Source: Malacoraja senta (taxonomy: Eukaryota). Taken from it: a DNA stretch of 64,000 nt. The position numbers and the translations under genes were made by a program. The notes beneath the pieces were generated by a model. That model was not told the DNA's origin and ran no database searches. It saw only the letters and a program-made list of their open reading frames with translations. The stretch is taken from positions 248,001 to 312,000 of the forward strand of contig JAXLNO010000446.1 of the NCBI GenBank assembly GCA_038087875.1, written 5' to 3'. Below, one piece after another: positions 48,975 to 62,329 of the stretch (position 1 is the first letter of the stretch; every line of letters starts with the position of its first letter).

Positions 48975-49455
48975 CAGACTGATTCCTGGGATGTCAGGAC
49001 TTTCATATGAAGAAAGACTGGATAGACTCGGCTTGTACTCGCTAGAATTTAGAAGATTGAGGGGGGATCTTATAGAAACTTCCAAAATTCTTAAGGGGTT
49101 GGACAGGCTAGATGCAGGAAGATTGTTCCCGATGTTGGGGAAGTCCAGAACAAGGGGTCACAGTTTAAGGATAAGGGGGAAATCTTTTAGGACCGAGATG
49201 AGGAAAACATTTTTCACACAGAGAGTGGTGAATCTGTGGAATTCTCTGCCACAGAAGGTAGTTGAGGCCAGTTCATTGGCTATATTTAAGAGGGAGTTAG
49301 ATGTGGCCCGTGTGGCTAAAGGGATCAGGGGGTATGGAGAGAAGGCAGGTACAGGATACTGAGTTGGATGATCAGCCATGATCATATTGAATGGCGGTGC
49401 AGGCTCGAAGGGCCGAATGGCCTACTCCTGCAGCTATTTTCTATGTTTCTATGTA
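48975..49455 (+). mobile_element. CR1 LINE 3' fragment
   Basis: ORF 48991..49362. Confidence 0.95.
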
Positions 49456-51607
49456 ACCTACCAGTATGATTTCCATGGTGCATCTGTAGAGGTTATTGGT
49501 TCTCTTAACCAGACCTTGTTTGTGATAGCACATAGATCAGAACCGTGCAGGAACGGGCCTTTCAGCCCACAATATTTGTATCAAACACGGTGCCAAGTTA
49601 AACTGATCTCATCTGCCTGTACGTGATCCATATATCTCCATTCCCTGCATATCCATGTGCCAATCTAAAAGCCTCTTAAACACCACTATCGTATCTGCCT
49701 CCACCACCACCCCTGGCATCACATTCCAAGCCTCCACCACCCTCTGTGTAAAACACTTGAATTGCATATTCCATTAAACATTCCCCCTCTCACATTACAG
49801 CTATCCCCTCTGCTGTTGGACATCTCCACCCTGGAAAAAAGGTTCTGACTGTCTACTCTACAGTCTGCCTCCCAATCAAGTGTCCCCTCAAACTCTGAGG
49901 TTCCAGAGAAAACAATCCAAGTCTGTCCAAACTGCCCCTGTAGCTGAAACCCCCGAATCCAGGCATCATTCTGGTAAATCTCCTCTGCAGTCTCTCCTAG
50001 AGCCATCACATCCTTCCTGTAATGGGAGTGACCAGAACTGCATGCAATACTCCAAATGCGGCCTAACCTGTCCTTCAAGAAAATATTCTTAATATCCATT
50101 TCATAGAGTCGCACCTGCCTGCGTTTGGCCCATATATGCCTGTATCTATATGTTTCTTAAACGTTACGATACTACCTGCCTCAACTATCTCTTCCGGCAG
50201 CTCGTTCCATACACCCACCACCCTTTGTGTAAAAAAGTTACCCCTCAGGTTCATATTAAATCTTTTCCCCCCCTCACCTGAAACTTCTGTCTTTTGGTTC
50301 TCGATTCTCCTTCTCTGGGCAAGAGACACTGTACGTTTACCTGATCTATTCCTCTCCTGATTTTATACAGATATATCTTTACACGCAGCAGCTGCATCCC
50401 AGTCCCACCTGAGCGTTTGAGTTTAAAGTGTCTGTGCGGGGACAGGGAAAGCAGGGAACATCTCTGCTGATGTTGTGGAGGTCTAGTGATGATCCATCCT
50501 GGGCATGTCGACCCACAAAGCCCTATCGTGCAGTGTGAGATAGCAGAGCCCAGGGACATGGACACAAGAGAACACAAATCACTGACCTCCAGTCCTGCCC
50601 CTACCTCTCCCCTCAAACTTTCTACCCTCCTCCAATCAGTCTGACGTTCACATTCACACGTTCTAGGAGCAGAATGAGGCCATTCGGCCCATCGAGTCTA
50701 CTCCGCCATTCAATCACGGCTGATCTATCTCTCCCTCCCAACCCCATTCTCCTGCCTTCTCCCCATAACCCCTGACACCCGTTGCATAATCCAATTCATA
50801 GGAGGAAAAAAGATGGTGAGAGTGGAGATGACTTCCGACATGGTGTTTGGATAATGGCGCAGGGCTTGTGAATTCCAACATCACCTGGGAGATTGTAGCT
50901 GACTGTTAGAAGTGGGGGAAGCACATGAATTGAGTTGGACCTGTCTCCACTTTATGGCAGTAAAACTTTGGTCTTATCTATCAATCCTTGTGTATATAAA
51001 GGATCTCACGCTACAATCAAGGATATCGGATGATAACATAGGATGTGACAGTCCCTTAGACTCCTCAGCCAAAGTCTCTCTCGTTTAGTCCCACGTGAAA
51101 GTAGATTATGTCGCTGAGATAGCCGGGATAAAGGCGACAGGTGAAGTTAATGTTCAGCAAAGGCCCGGCGCTGATTTCCACCTGATCGGAGGGATTACTA
51201 AATCTATTCCACGTTGCTTTCAGAAGCATTCTCTTCATTCCACGAGCCTTCACTATCTGAGCACACCCAGCTCCTTACAAGTGTAACACTTGAGCCAAAG
51301 TTACCAAACTAATCTGCGAGCCAGTGAAAGCAAGCAGGGAACAAGCAGATAAAATTAGATCACAAAGTGTCTAATGAATTCCCTTCATTATCTGTCAAAG
51401 ATTCCTGCACCTCGTCTGTAAACAATACGCTGAGATTTTTTCGTTATATCAAATGGCAAACTAAAATAATCTAAAAATCCCTGCAACGATAGTTAAGGAG
51501 CTTATATATATATAAAGAATTGTAATATATTTATGTACCAAACAAGGAACTGCAGATGCTGGTATACACCGAAGATAGACACAAAATGCTGGAGTAACTC
51601 AGTGTTA

Positions 51608-52680
51608 CAAAATTGGCTTCATGGAAGTAAGCAGAGGGTGATGGTGGAAGGTTGATTTTCGGACTGGAGGCCTGTGACTAGTGGTGTGCCTCAGGGTTCG
51701 GTGCTGGGCCCGTTACTGTTTGTCATCTACATCAATGATTTGGATGAGAACATACAGGGCAAGATTAGCAAGTTTGCAGATGATACAAAAGTGAGTGGTT
51801 TTGCAGATAGTGAAGATGGTTGTGAACGATTGCAGCAGGATCTGGATCGATTGGCCAGGTGGGCGGAGGAATGGTTGATGGAATTTAATACAGAGAAGTG
51901 TGAGATGTTCCATTTTGGGACATCGAACAAGGGCAGGACCTACACAGTGAATGGTCGGCCTCTGGGGAGTGTTGTAGAGCAGAGGGATCTAGGAGTACAG
52001 GTGCATGGTTCCTTGAAGGTCGAGTCGCAGGTAGATAGGGGGGTCAAAAAGGCGTTTGGCACTTTGGCCTTCATCAGTCAGAGTATTGAGTATAAAAGTT
52101 GGGAGGTCATGTTGCAGTTGTATAAGACATTGGTGAGGCTGCATTTAGAATATTGTGTTCAGTTCTGGACATCATGTTATAGAATAGATGTTGACAAACT
52201 GGAAGGGGCTCAGAAAAGATTTACGAGGATTTTGCCAGGACTAGACGGTGTGAGCTACAGGGAGAGGTTGATCAGGCTGGGACTCTATTCCTTGGAGTGC
52301 AGGAGGATGAGGGGTGATCTTATAGAGGTGTATAAAATCATGAGAGGTATAGTTCAGGTAGACGCACCGATTCTCTTGCCCAGAGTAGGGGAATCGAGGA
52401 CCAGAGGTTTAACGTGAAGGGGAAAAAATTTAATAGGAATCCGAGGGGTAACTTTTCCCCGCAGAGGGTGGTGGTTGTATGGAACAAACTGCCAGCAGAG
52501 GCTGGGACTATCCCAACATTTATGAAACAGTTAGACAGGTACATGGATAGGACAGGTTTGGAAGGATATGGACCAAACACAGGCAGGTGGGTCTAGTGTA
52601 GCTGGGACATTTGGGCTGGTGTGGGCAAGTTGGCCTGAAGGGCCTGTTTCCACACTGTCTCACTCTACGATTCTATGACC
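51608..52680 (+). mobile_element. CR1/HER1 LINE 3' portion of a distinct subfamily whose tail resembles the SINE tail
   Basis: ORF 51674..52417 SGVPQGSVLGP...KFADDTK; tail gaagggcctgtttccacactgt. Confidence 0.92.
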
Positions 52681-52850
52681 CAAAACATCCATGTTCTCCA
52701 GAGATGCTGCCTGACCCGCTGAGTTACTCCAGCACTCTGTGAAACGTCACCTATCCATGTTCTCCACAGATGCTGCCTGACCCGCTGAGTTACTCCAGCA
52801 CTCTGTGAAATGTCACCTATCCAAGTTCTCCAGAAATGTGTCTATCTTTG
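52681..52850 (+). repeat. Tandem 66-bp units derived from the Penelope pLTR
   Basis: gaaacgtcacctatcc at 52741 recurs as gaaatgtcacctatcc at 52807. Confidence 0.8.
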
Positions 52851-53257
52851 AGAAAAACATCAGATTGGATTAACCATGTACACATTGCAGTTACGATGGA
52901 ACAGTGACCTCCGGTTCCCCAGGCAAGTTGCATCTAGTGTTACGAGAGAACAGAAACAGATGGAAAGCATCCAGTTATAATGACCAGAATACTTTATATA
53001 TAGGAGGAGAGAAGGTTAAAGAGGAAACTGTAACATTCTTAGCTTGAAGATTGATTTTACTGATCAGTGAAACAAAAATGTGAGGCAGAACTCTGAATGA
53101 ATTGTGGGAATTGAATGCACAAAGCACTTTTCCCAGGATGGTGGAATCAACATTATGTTACAGCTGTACAAGACGTTGGTGACGCCACATTTGAAGTACT
53201 GGGTTTAGGTCTAGGGTTGTCGTGTGTGTCAGAATACAGTGGGAGGCTTCGTGGAAA

Positions 53258-53790
53258 GTAGGAACTGCAAATGCTGGTTTATAAAAAAACGAAACAAAGT
53301 GCCGGAGTAACTCAGCGGGTCAGGCAGCATCTGTGGAGAACATGGATAGGTGACGTTTCACAGAGTGCTGGAGTAACTCAGCGGGTCAGGCAGCATCTGT
53401 GGAGCGAAGGAAATGGGCAACCTTTCGGGCCGAAACCCTGAAGGAAATAGGCAACGTTTTGGGCCGAAACCCGGAAGGGTTTCGGGCCGAAACGTTGCCT
53501 ATTTCCTTCGCTCTATAGATGCTGCCGGAACATGGATAGGTGACGTTTCACAGAGTGCTGGAGTAACTCAGCGGGACAGACAGCATCTCTGGAGAGAAGG
53601 CATGGGTGGGTATCACAGAGTGCTGGAGTAACTCAGCTGGACAGGCAGCATCTGTGGAGAGAAGGAATGGTGGGTTTTGGGTCAAGACCCTTCTTCAGAA
53701 GGGGGAGTCTGAAGAAGGCTCTCGACCCAAAACATCATCTATTCCTTTTCTGCCTGACCCGTTGAGTTCTTCCAGCATTTAGTATCTAAC
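53258..53790 (-). repeat. Multimeric, rearranged Penelope pLTR cluster
   Basis: About four gagtgctggagtaactcagc units plus nested tttcgggccgaaac segments in both orientations. Confidence 0.8.
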
Positions 53791-54247
53791 TTGGTGACTG
53801 TTGTCGTCCACCCTGTGACCAACCCTCCCTTCTGCTCTCACTGCCTCTCCTAACTTTCTCTCTTTTCTCTGCAGTTTTAAACTTTACTTTATCTTCCAAT
53901 GCAGGCAATATTTCCACCGATAAGCTTTGAAACTGAAAGGTTGTCGGTCTATAGTATCACCTCTGCTTGCAATACTGCCCGGCTGCGAATTTGCAGAATA
54001 TTTGCTTTTTATTGGAGTTTAAGCATCTGCCACATTTTGTTCTTTGGTCCAATGCCCATTGGTAAAATCTTGCTATGAGGAAATTGGCTATCATATTTAT
54101 TTTGTTGCAATGGGATCCAAAATTCAACATCAAGTATTTGGTTGTTGCAAACTTTGATCCATACCAAGGAAATGATGGTCATTTATAAAGCACTCATTCA
54201 GAAAGATCAGACAGATTAACAAGCGTTCATTCAGACTGAAGAAGAGT

Positions 54248-54275
54248 CTGAAGAAGGGTCTCGACCCGAAACGTC
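54248..54275 (+). ncRNA. Minimal hammerhead ribozyme core in a pLTR fragment
   Basis: ctgaagaagggtctcgacccgaaacgtc. Confidence 0.6.
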
Positions 54276-55741
54276 GCCTATTCCTTCGCTCCATAGATGC
54301 TGCCTCACCCGCTGAGTCTCTCCAGCATTTTGGTCTACATCAGAAAAATATATTATGTTTGCCTTCTGAACTTTAAGTTTATGAAAGAGAAAGAAAGAGA
54401 TTAATAAAGATATATAATAATTTTTATGTAGGGGTTCTCTGAGACATGAAAATTATTCCAAGGGTCTATATGTCTATCCAAAGCCCCCTTAAACTCTACT
54501 ATCATATCTGCCTCAACCACCACCCCTGGCAGCGTGTTCCAGGCACCCTCCAAGCTCTGTGTAGAAGGCTTGCCATGCACACCTCTTTACATTTTGCTCC
54601 TCTCAGCGTAAAGCTATGCACTGTAGTATTTGTTTTTTCCACTTTTGGAAAAGGGTTCAGGTGGTATAGACTATCTATGCCTCACCATTTTATAGACAAC
54701 TATCAGGTCTCTGCGCGACCTCTGGCGTTCCAGAGAAAACTATCCAAGTCTGTCCAACCACACCTTATTGCTAATACCCTCAAATCCAGGCATCATTCTG
54801 GTAAACTTCCTCTGCACCCTCTCCAAAGGCTCCACATCCCCCCTTTAATGGGGTGATTAGAACTGCACACAATACTCCAAATACGGCCTAAAAATGGCCT
54901 ACAAAGCTGCATCATGACTTCCTGACTCTTATACAATGTTTCAACCAAAGAAGTTCAAAGACATTTGGACAGGTGCATGGATAGGACAGGTGAATGAATA
55001 AGTTCATTGGCCAAGTATTCACATACAAGGAATTTGCCTTGGTGCTCCGCCCGCAAGTGACAACATGACATACAGTGACAGTTAGGAATATGTGGACAGG
55101 TACATGGATAGGACAGGTTCAGAGGGATATGGGCCAAACACGGGCAGGTGGGACCAGTGTAGATGGGACATTGTAGATGGCTTGGAGGATTTGGGCTGAA
55201 AAGCGGTAGCACTCTCTCTCTCTCTCTCGCTCTATGTTTTCCTGTTGTGAAGAAGTTCTTGTGATCTGCAATGTTACTTTTCCCACAGCATCTACAGTTT
55301 TCTTACTTTTTCTATAGAAATAATATGTTTTATACTTTTAATTATAAAATTCACTGCATATTCAAGTTCTATTTCAACCAATTGCCGATGCATAAAGGAA
55401 TCAAGAAGGCACCTTGACATGGTACTTTGCAACCATAACTTGGAAAATAAAAATATTGAATCTATTTCAGTCATAGGTTTAGGATAAGATGTAGGTTTTG
55501 CATGCTATCAAATCAGATAACAAAATACACACATAAATACAATCGTCAAACTCCAGTACAATAGGTGGAGCAAAGGGGAAGATACAGAGTGCAGAATATA
55601 GTTCTCAGCATTGTAGCGCATCAGTTCCACAGACAAAGTCCAATGTCCGCAATGGGGTAGAGGTGAATCGGACAGTACCCTAGCTTATGGATAACAGGGG
55701 AAGGAGATAATTCACTCAAAATCTCAGGGGACCTTTTCCAA

Positions 55742-56270
55742 GTTTAGTTTGATTTAGTTTAGAGATACAGCGTGGAAACAGGCCCTTCGGCCCACCGAGT
55801 CTGTGCCGACCAACGATTACTGGTACACTTGTTCTATGTTATACCAGTCTCACCTTAAACACAGAATGTAGTTGAGGCCAGTTCACTGGTTATATTTAAG
55901 AGGGAGTTAGATGTGGCCCTTGTGGCTAAAGGGATCAGGGGATATGGAGAGAAAGCAGGTACAGGATACTGAGTTGGATGATCAGCCATGATCATATTGA
56001 ATGGCGGTGCAGGCTCGAAGGGCCGAATGGCCTACTCCTGCACCTATTTTCTATGTTTCTATGTTTCTAACACATTAGGGACACTTTACAGAGGCCAATC
56101 AACCTACAAACTTGCACGTTTTTGGAACGTGAGAGGAAACCAGAGCCCCTGCAGAAAACCCACGCGGTCACGGGGAGAAGGTACAAACTCCGTACAGACA
56201 GCACCCGTAGTCAGGATGGAACCCGGTCTCTGGCGCTGTGAGGCAGCAACTCTACCGCTGCGCCACCGTG
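55742..56270 (-). mobile_element. HE1-like SINE interrupted by a + strand CR1 tail (about 55858-56068)
   Basis: The SINE tail and head flank a CR1 3' UTR with (ttctatgt)n. Confidence 0.8.
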
Positions 56271-56602
56271 ATGTTTCTGTTGCTCCAAGGCCTCTTCATA
56301 AAGTCACATTAACAGATGTACCTTCTCATCCACCAATCACCTGCTGGTGCTTGCATTCTGAAAACATTTATTGATCCTTCACTAACATTAACATTGTGAA
56401 CTACATTAACACGTATAAAGTGGGCCAGGCATGACCAGCAGATGTTCCTGTTCAGCACCCTGCCTCTCTCTTGATTACAGTGGTGAGGGGCAACCAACTG
56501 TGTGCTGTCCATACAAATCCTCACGTTTCATGTTTGTCCTAATCAAACATCGCGGCAGATGAAAGATGTTTGGCTTAATTCTGAAATTGTTCATCCAACC
56601 AG

Positions 56603-56872
56603 AGGTAGAGTTGCTGCCTCACAGCGCCAGAGACCCAGGTCCCATCCTGACTACGGGTGCTGTCTGTACGGAGTTTGCACGTTCTCCTCATAACCACGTG
56701 GGTTTTCTCCGGGTGCTCCGGTTTCCTCTCACATTCCAAAGGCGTACAGGTTTGTAGATTAATTGGCTTCGGTAAGTTGTAAAATTGTCCCTAGTATGTG
56801 GGATAGCACTAGTGTACGGGGTGATCGCTGGTCGGTGTGGACGGGCCGAAGGGCCTGTTTCCACGCTGTATG
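56603..56872 (+). mobile_element. HE1/V-SINE-like SINE
   Basis: ggtagagttgctgcctcacagcgccagagaccc...gaagggcctgtttccacgctgta. Confidence 0.85.
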
Positions 56873-57389
56873 TCAGAAGTCTGAAGGCTAAAAAGCAGTG
56901 CATGGTGATCAGCGAGCTATTTCTGTGTCATTTTACTAACCTCTCTCAGCAAAGTGCAGCGATCGCTGCTGAGGATATAAATACTCTGAGGTTTAAATCT
57001 GCAGTTCACAAGAAGGTCAAATAAACCTTTTGGATAGATCTGATTATTTTTTTGTTAGTCTTATCTTGGACGAGCTTAAGATTCTGTTATTCTTATCTTG
57101 GACATGCTTGGCTGATTATCATTGGTTAAATGTTCAAACAATCTAATTTTTAACAAACCAGACCTCATTTTCTCTTCACTGTCGATGTGCCAGCTGGATT
57201 TCATATAGTCGTAGTTAGGCACCACAGACACAGGCCCTTCGGCCCAACTCAGCCATGTCGACCAACATGCTCCACCTAAACTAATCCCATTTACCCGCGT
57301 TTGGCCAGAGTCCTCTAAACATTTCCTGTCCATGTCCGAGTGTCCTTTAAATGTTGTTCCCACAGCCGCCCCAACTACCTCCATATACC

Positions 57390-58203
57390 GTGCAGAAAGA
57401 CATGAGGATCTGGGAACTTGAGGCAGTCAATGGAAGTATCCTGAGGGAAGTCAGTATTGCAGTCGAGGAGATGCTGAAAGTCCTGGCGTGTATGAAGCTA
57501 GACAAACATCCCGGGTGTGATCAGATATATCCAGGGACGCCGTGAGGAGCTAGAGAGGAAATTACAGGTGTCCTGGCTGAGATTTCCGAGTCGTCCTTAA
57601 GTACAGGAAGACTGGAGGGTGGCAAATGTTGTGCCTTTATTCAAGAAGGGCTGCAGGGAGAATGCTGGGAACTATGGGCTGACATTTATGGTCAGAAAGT
57701 TACTTGAGAATATTCTGAGGGATAGGATATACACGCATTTAGATGGACAACGGCTGATTAGGAATAGTCAGCATGGGTTAGTATATGGGGGATCGTCTCA
57801 TGCATCTGATTGAAGATGTGACCATACAGGTTGATGAAGGCAGAGCTGTAGAGGTTGTGTATATGGATTTCTCCAAGGCTATTGACAAGGTTCCTCATGG
57901 TAGGCTGCTCTGGCAGGTTAGATCACATGGGATCCAAGGAGAGCTAGCTGACTGGATAGAGAACTAGCTTCATGGAAGGAAGCAGAGGGTGATGGTGGAA
58001 GGTTGTTTATCGGACTGGAGGCCTGTGACTAGTGGTGGGCCTCAAGGATCAGTGCTGGGCCCATTACTGTTCGTAGTGTATAGCAGTGATTTGGATGAGA
58101 ACATACAAGGCAGGATTAGTACATTTGCAGATGACACTAAAGTGGGTGGAATTGTAAATTGTGAAGATGGTTGTCAAAGGTTAGAGCAGGATCTTGATCA
58201 GTT
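57390..58203 (+). mobile_element. Degenerate CR1 ORF2 internal fragment
   Basis: ANVVPLFKKG, YMDFSKAIDKVPH, PQGSVLGP, FADDTK. Confidence 0.9.
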
Positions 58204-59177
58204 TCTTTATGATTGTCACGTGTATCGAGATGCAGTGAAAGTTTTGTCGGTATGCAATCTAGTTAAATCATACTGTTCATGAGTGCAGGCCTGCCATACA
58301 CAGCTACAACAGGTAGAACAAAGATCAAAATACCAGAATGCACAATATAATGTTACAGCGTTGTACTGCTGCAGTTACGGGGAAAGTGCAGATAAACAAA
58401 GTGTAAGGTCCTGAATGAGGTTGGTTGGTGGATGGCGGCCTACGCCCTAGCCCATAGGAGAACCATTCAGTAGTCTGACAACAGGAAGCAAGAAGTGGCT
58501 CCAGAATATGACCTTCTTCCCAATGGAAGCGAGGACGTTTTAGTGGAATATCGGCCAAATGGGACGGGCCTAGATGGGGCATCTTGGTCAGCATGACCTA
58601 TGGACCTATTTGTGTTGTGTATTACGATGCAGCTCTGTGACTCGAGGCTCCTGGATTGTCCTGGCCCCACTCCCAATGATGTTATCGGCACTCCGAACTG
58701 ATGAATATTCCACTGTGCACGGAGATCAAAGTTCTTGGCTCTGGTCTTTGCCTTTTATTCAACTTCTCTGTTCTCCACTGAAGTGTGAAACTTGTGGTAA
58801 TGTTAATTATTTAGCAACAAATGTAAACATGTGGAGACTTTTTTCGTTTCTCTTTAATCTTGCCTTTGCAAATAAGTGCTAACCTGAAGGTAGACACAAA
58901 ATGCTGGAGTAACTCAGCGGGACAGGCAGCATCTGTGGAGAGAAGGAATGGGTGACGTTTCAGGTCGAGACCCTTCTTCTCTCTTCTTTCTTCTACCTTT
59001 GATTTAAACCAGCATCTGCAGTTCTTTCCTGCACAAGTGCTGACCTGAGATGACTGCAATCTCTGTCGGGAAGAAATGTGTTTGTCTCGGTCACGCTGAG
59101 AGGACAGGCATGGATCCAGGGCAGCAACGACGAGGGCAAGGGCAATGGTGGCGGGGAGGCTTCCAAAGAATTCTGCC

Positions 59178-59618
59178 AATAGACAATAGACAATAGGTGC
59201 AGGAGTAGGCCATGCGGCCCTTCGAGCCAGCACCACCATTCAATGTGATCATGGCTGATCATCCCCAATCAGTACCCCGTTCCTGCCTTCTCCCCATATC
59301 CCCTGACTCCACTATTTTTAAGAGCCTTATCTAGCTCTCTCTTGAAAGTATCCAGAGAACCGGCCTCCACCGCCCGCTGAGGCAGAGAATTCCACAGACT
59401 CACAACTCTCTGTGAGAAAAAGTGTTTCCTCGTCTCCGTTCTAAATGGCTTACTCTTTATTCTTAAACTGTGGCCCCTGGTTCTGGACTCCCCCAACATC
59501 GGGAACATGTTTCCTGCCTCTAGTGTGTCCAAACCCTTAACAATCTTATATGTTTCAATGAGATTCCCTCTCATCCTTTTAAACTGTACAAGCCCAGCTG
59601 CTCCATTCTCTTAGCATA
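59178..59618 (-). mobile_element. CR1 LINE 3' fragment
   Basis: Minus-strand CR1 C-terminus (59269..59574) and (tctattg)n tail. Confidence 0.92.
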
Positions 59619-60900
59619 CTGCCACACCAGAGTACTGTGTAGGAAGGAACTGCAGATGCTGGTTTACACCGAAGATAGACACAAAATGCTGGAGTAACTC
59701 AGGCAGCATCTCCGGAAAGATGGAATGAGTGACGTTTAGAGTCAAGACCCTTCTTCAGCCGAAGAAGCGTTTTGACCCGAAATGTCGCCCATTCCTTCTG
59801 TCCAGTGATGCTGCCTGTCCCGCTGAGTTATGCCAGAGTACTCCCTAGATTCATATAGTGTGCAAACTTCTTCACACACCGCCACCTTCCTGCAGCAAGC
59901 AACTGTAGTTTACAGGACATACATGAAGTGTCGGCTACAGCTCGAAGTGAGTGCTCACGTGTCTGAGCTTCAAGGTGTTGGCCTCGAGACTCTCTCCACA
60001 AAGAGGAGCAGAATGGCAATGACAGACACTCACCATTAGATTAGATCAGTTTACGGTCATAGACAGTGTGGTGCAATGTAAGCTCCTAGTTCACTTGAAG
60101 ATCGCTGAGTAAACTGTGTACATCCAGTAATGATAAATACAACAATAACAAACCAGTGAGGGTGGTGGGTGTAAGGAACGAGCTGCCAGAGGAGGGAGTT
60201 GAGGCAGGGACTATAGGAACATTTCAAAGACACTTGGACAGGGACATAGGGTTGGAAAGGTCCAGAGCGATGTGGGACATATACCCATCAGCACATCCAT
60301 GCCAACCAAGATGCCTCATCTCATGTCCCATTTGCCCACATTGGCCCTTATCTCTCTAAAGCTTTCCTATCCATGTACCTGTGTAAGTGACTTTTAACTG
60401 TTGTTATAGTACCCGCCTCAACGACCTCCTCCAGCCACTCTAGTTTGCTCTAAACATTATTCACGTTATTTCCTTTAGCATGTATTTGTACACACAATGT
60501 GGACGGCTCGATTGTAATCACTTATTGTCTTTCTGCTGACTGGTTACCACGCAACAAAGCTTTTCACTGCCCCTCAGTACACGTGACAATATACTCAACT
60601 CAAAGTCAAGCTCATTCCATAAACTTACCACCGTCTGTGTGAAACGGTTGCCCCGCAGCTTCCTATTGCATTTTTCCCCTCTCACCTTAAGCCTGTGTCC
60701 TCTAGTCCTTGAATCTCTACTCTGGGTAAAGGACTGTGTACATTCACCCTTCTTTGTTGATGAATCGCATATGAAGTACGGGCCCAGCAATGGCAGTGAT
60801 GCAGTTGTTTGGTCAAATCTTTGCACCTATCTTAGAACTCTTTTGCAGAAACCAGTGGGCATCTCACATTTTCCGTGGAGCAAGCGGATTAACTTTGCTG

Positions 60901-61061
60901 GTAGACAAAAGTGCTGGAGAAACTCAGCGGGTGCAGCAGCATCTATGGAACGAAGGAAATAGGCAACCCTATTATGTCCCATAGATGCTGCTGCACCCAC
61001 TGAGTTTCTCCAGCACTTTTGTCTACCTTCGATTTTCCAGCATCTGCAGTTCCTTCTTAAA
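60901..61061. mobile_element. Palindromic Penelope pLTR insert with perfect 16-bp TSD
   Basis: TSD cggattaactttgctg at 60885-60900 and 61062-61077. Confidence 0.85.
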
Positions 61062-62329
61062 CGGATTAACTTTGCTGTTTAGTTAAGAGTGTTGGCACAT
61101 TGGCTGAACCCGATGTAAAAGCTTATTTATTTCCAGTTCGATGGGAAGGTGAAGAGTTGGCTCAAGGCCAGTGTAGACAAGGGAACAAAAAGCTTTGTGC
61201 TGACTACAAAGGAAGGCTGTGCCTCTGCCCATCCCAGGGACGTTTATCAATGTACACCTGAGCAGTATCACAGCCCTCCAGTGGACACGACTACCTTGTT
61301 ACAATGAAAACATGCTCGCTAAATGGTCCACTGTTTGTATTAGCGAGCACCACGATAATTCTAGGGAGGAACTGCAGATGTTGGTTTACACCAAAGATAG
61401 ACACAGAGTGCTGGAGTAACTCAGCGGGTCCGCTGTGGCAGATACCTGTATACGAGTTATGTTAGCCACTGTGTACGAGTTATGGGCCACAGTTTAAGAA
61501 TAAGGAGTAAGCCATTTAGAACGGAGACGAGGAAACACTTTTTCTCACAGAGAGTGGTTAGTCTGCGGAATTCTCTGCCTCAGAGGGCGGTGGAGGCAGG
61601 TTCTCTGGATGCTTTCAAGAGAGAGCTAGATAGGGCTCTTAAAAATAGCGGAGTCAGCTGGCTCGAAGGGCCGAATGGCCTACTCCTGCACCTATTGTCT
61701 ATTGTCTGTTGTTACCTATTGTCTATTGTCTATGTTTCTATGTTTCTATGTTACTGTGGTGTGGCATTTGACCAGGCAGTCCTGACAGTGAGGAATTGGA
61801 GGCCATGGAGCCCCAAGAGACTGGATGGAATTTGTAGCAGTAACAGGAGGAACCTCGAGGGTCAAGTATTTGGAGTTTTGTCTTCAGTTTTAGTCACCCT
61901 GCTCTAGGAAAGATATCATTTAGCTGGAAAAGATGAAGAGATGATATTGCCAGGACTCAAGGCCTGAGCTACAGGGAGTGCTGGAGGCTGATCCTATAGA
62001 GGTGTATAAAATCATGAGGTGAATAGAAAGGGTCCCAGGGTAGAGCTGTACAACACAGAAACAGGCCTTTCGGCCCACCTAGTCCATGCTGACCAAGTTG
62101 GCATACTATGTTAGTCCCATGTGCCTGCATTAGGCCAACAGGCCTCTAAACCCTTCCTATCCATATATCTGTCCATGCGTTTAAAAGCCGTAATTGTATC
62201 CACTTCAATAACTTCCTCCTGCAGCTCACCGCAGATCTGCACTACCCTCTGCGTGGAATGGTTGCCCCGAGATCCCTCTTAGATTTCTCACCTCGATCTT
62301 AACCCTATGCCCTCTAGTTTTAGATTCTA

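Noticed and set aside
53830..54050. Strong polypyrimidine tract and acceptor (ttctctcttttctctgcag)
   Set aside because: No good donor follows, and the downstream sequence resembles a decayed Penelope pLTR.
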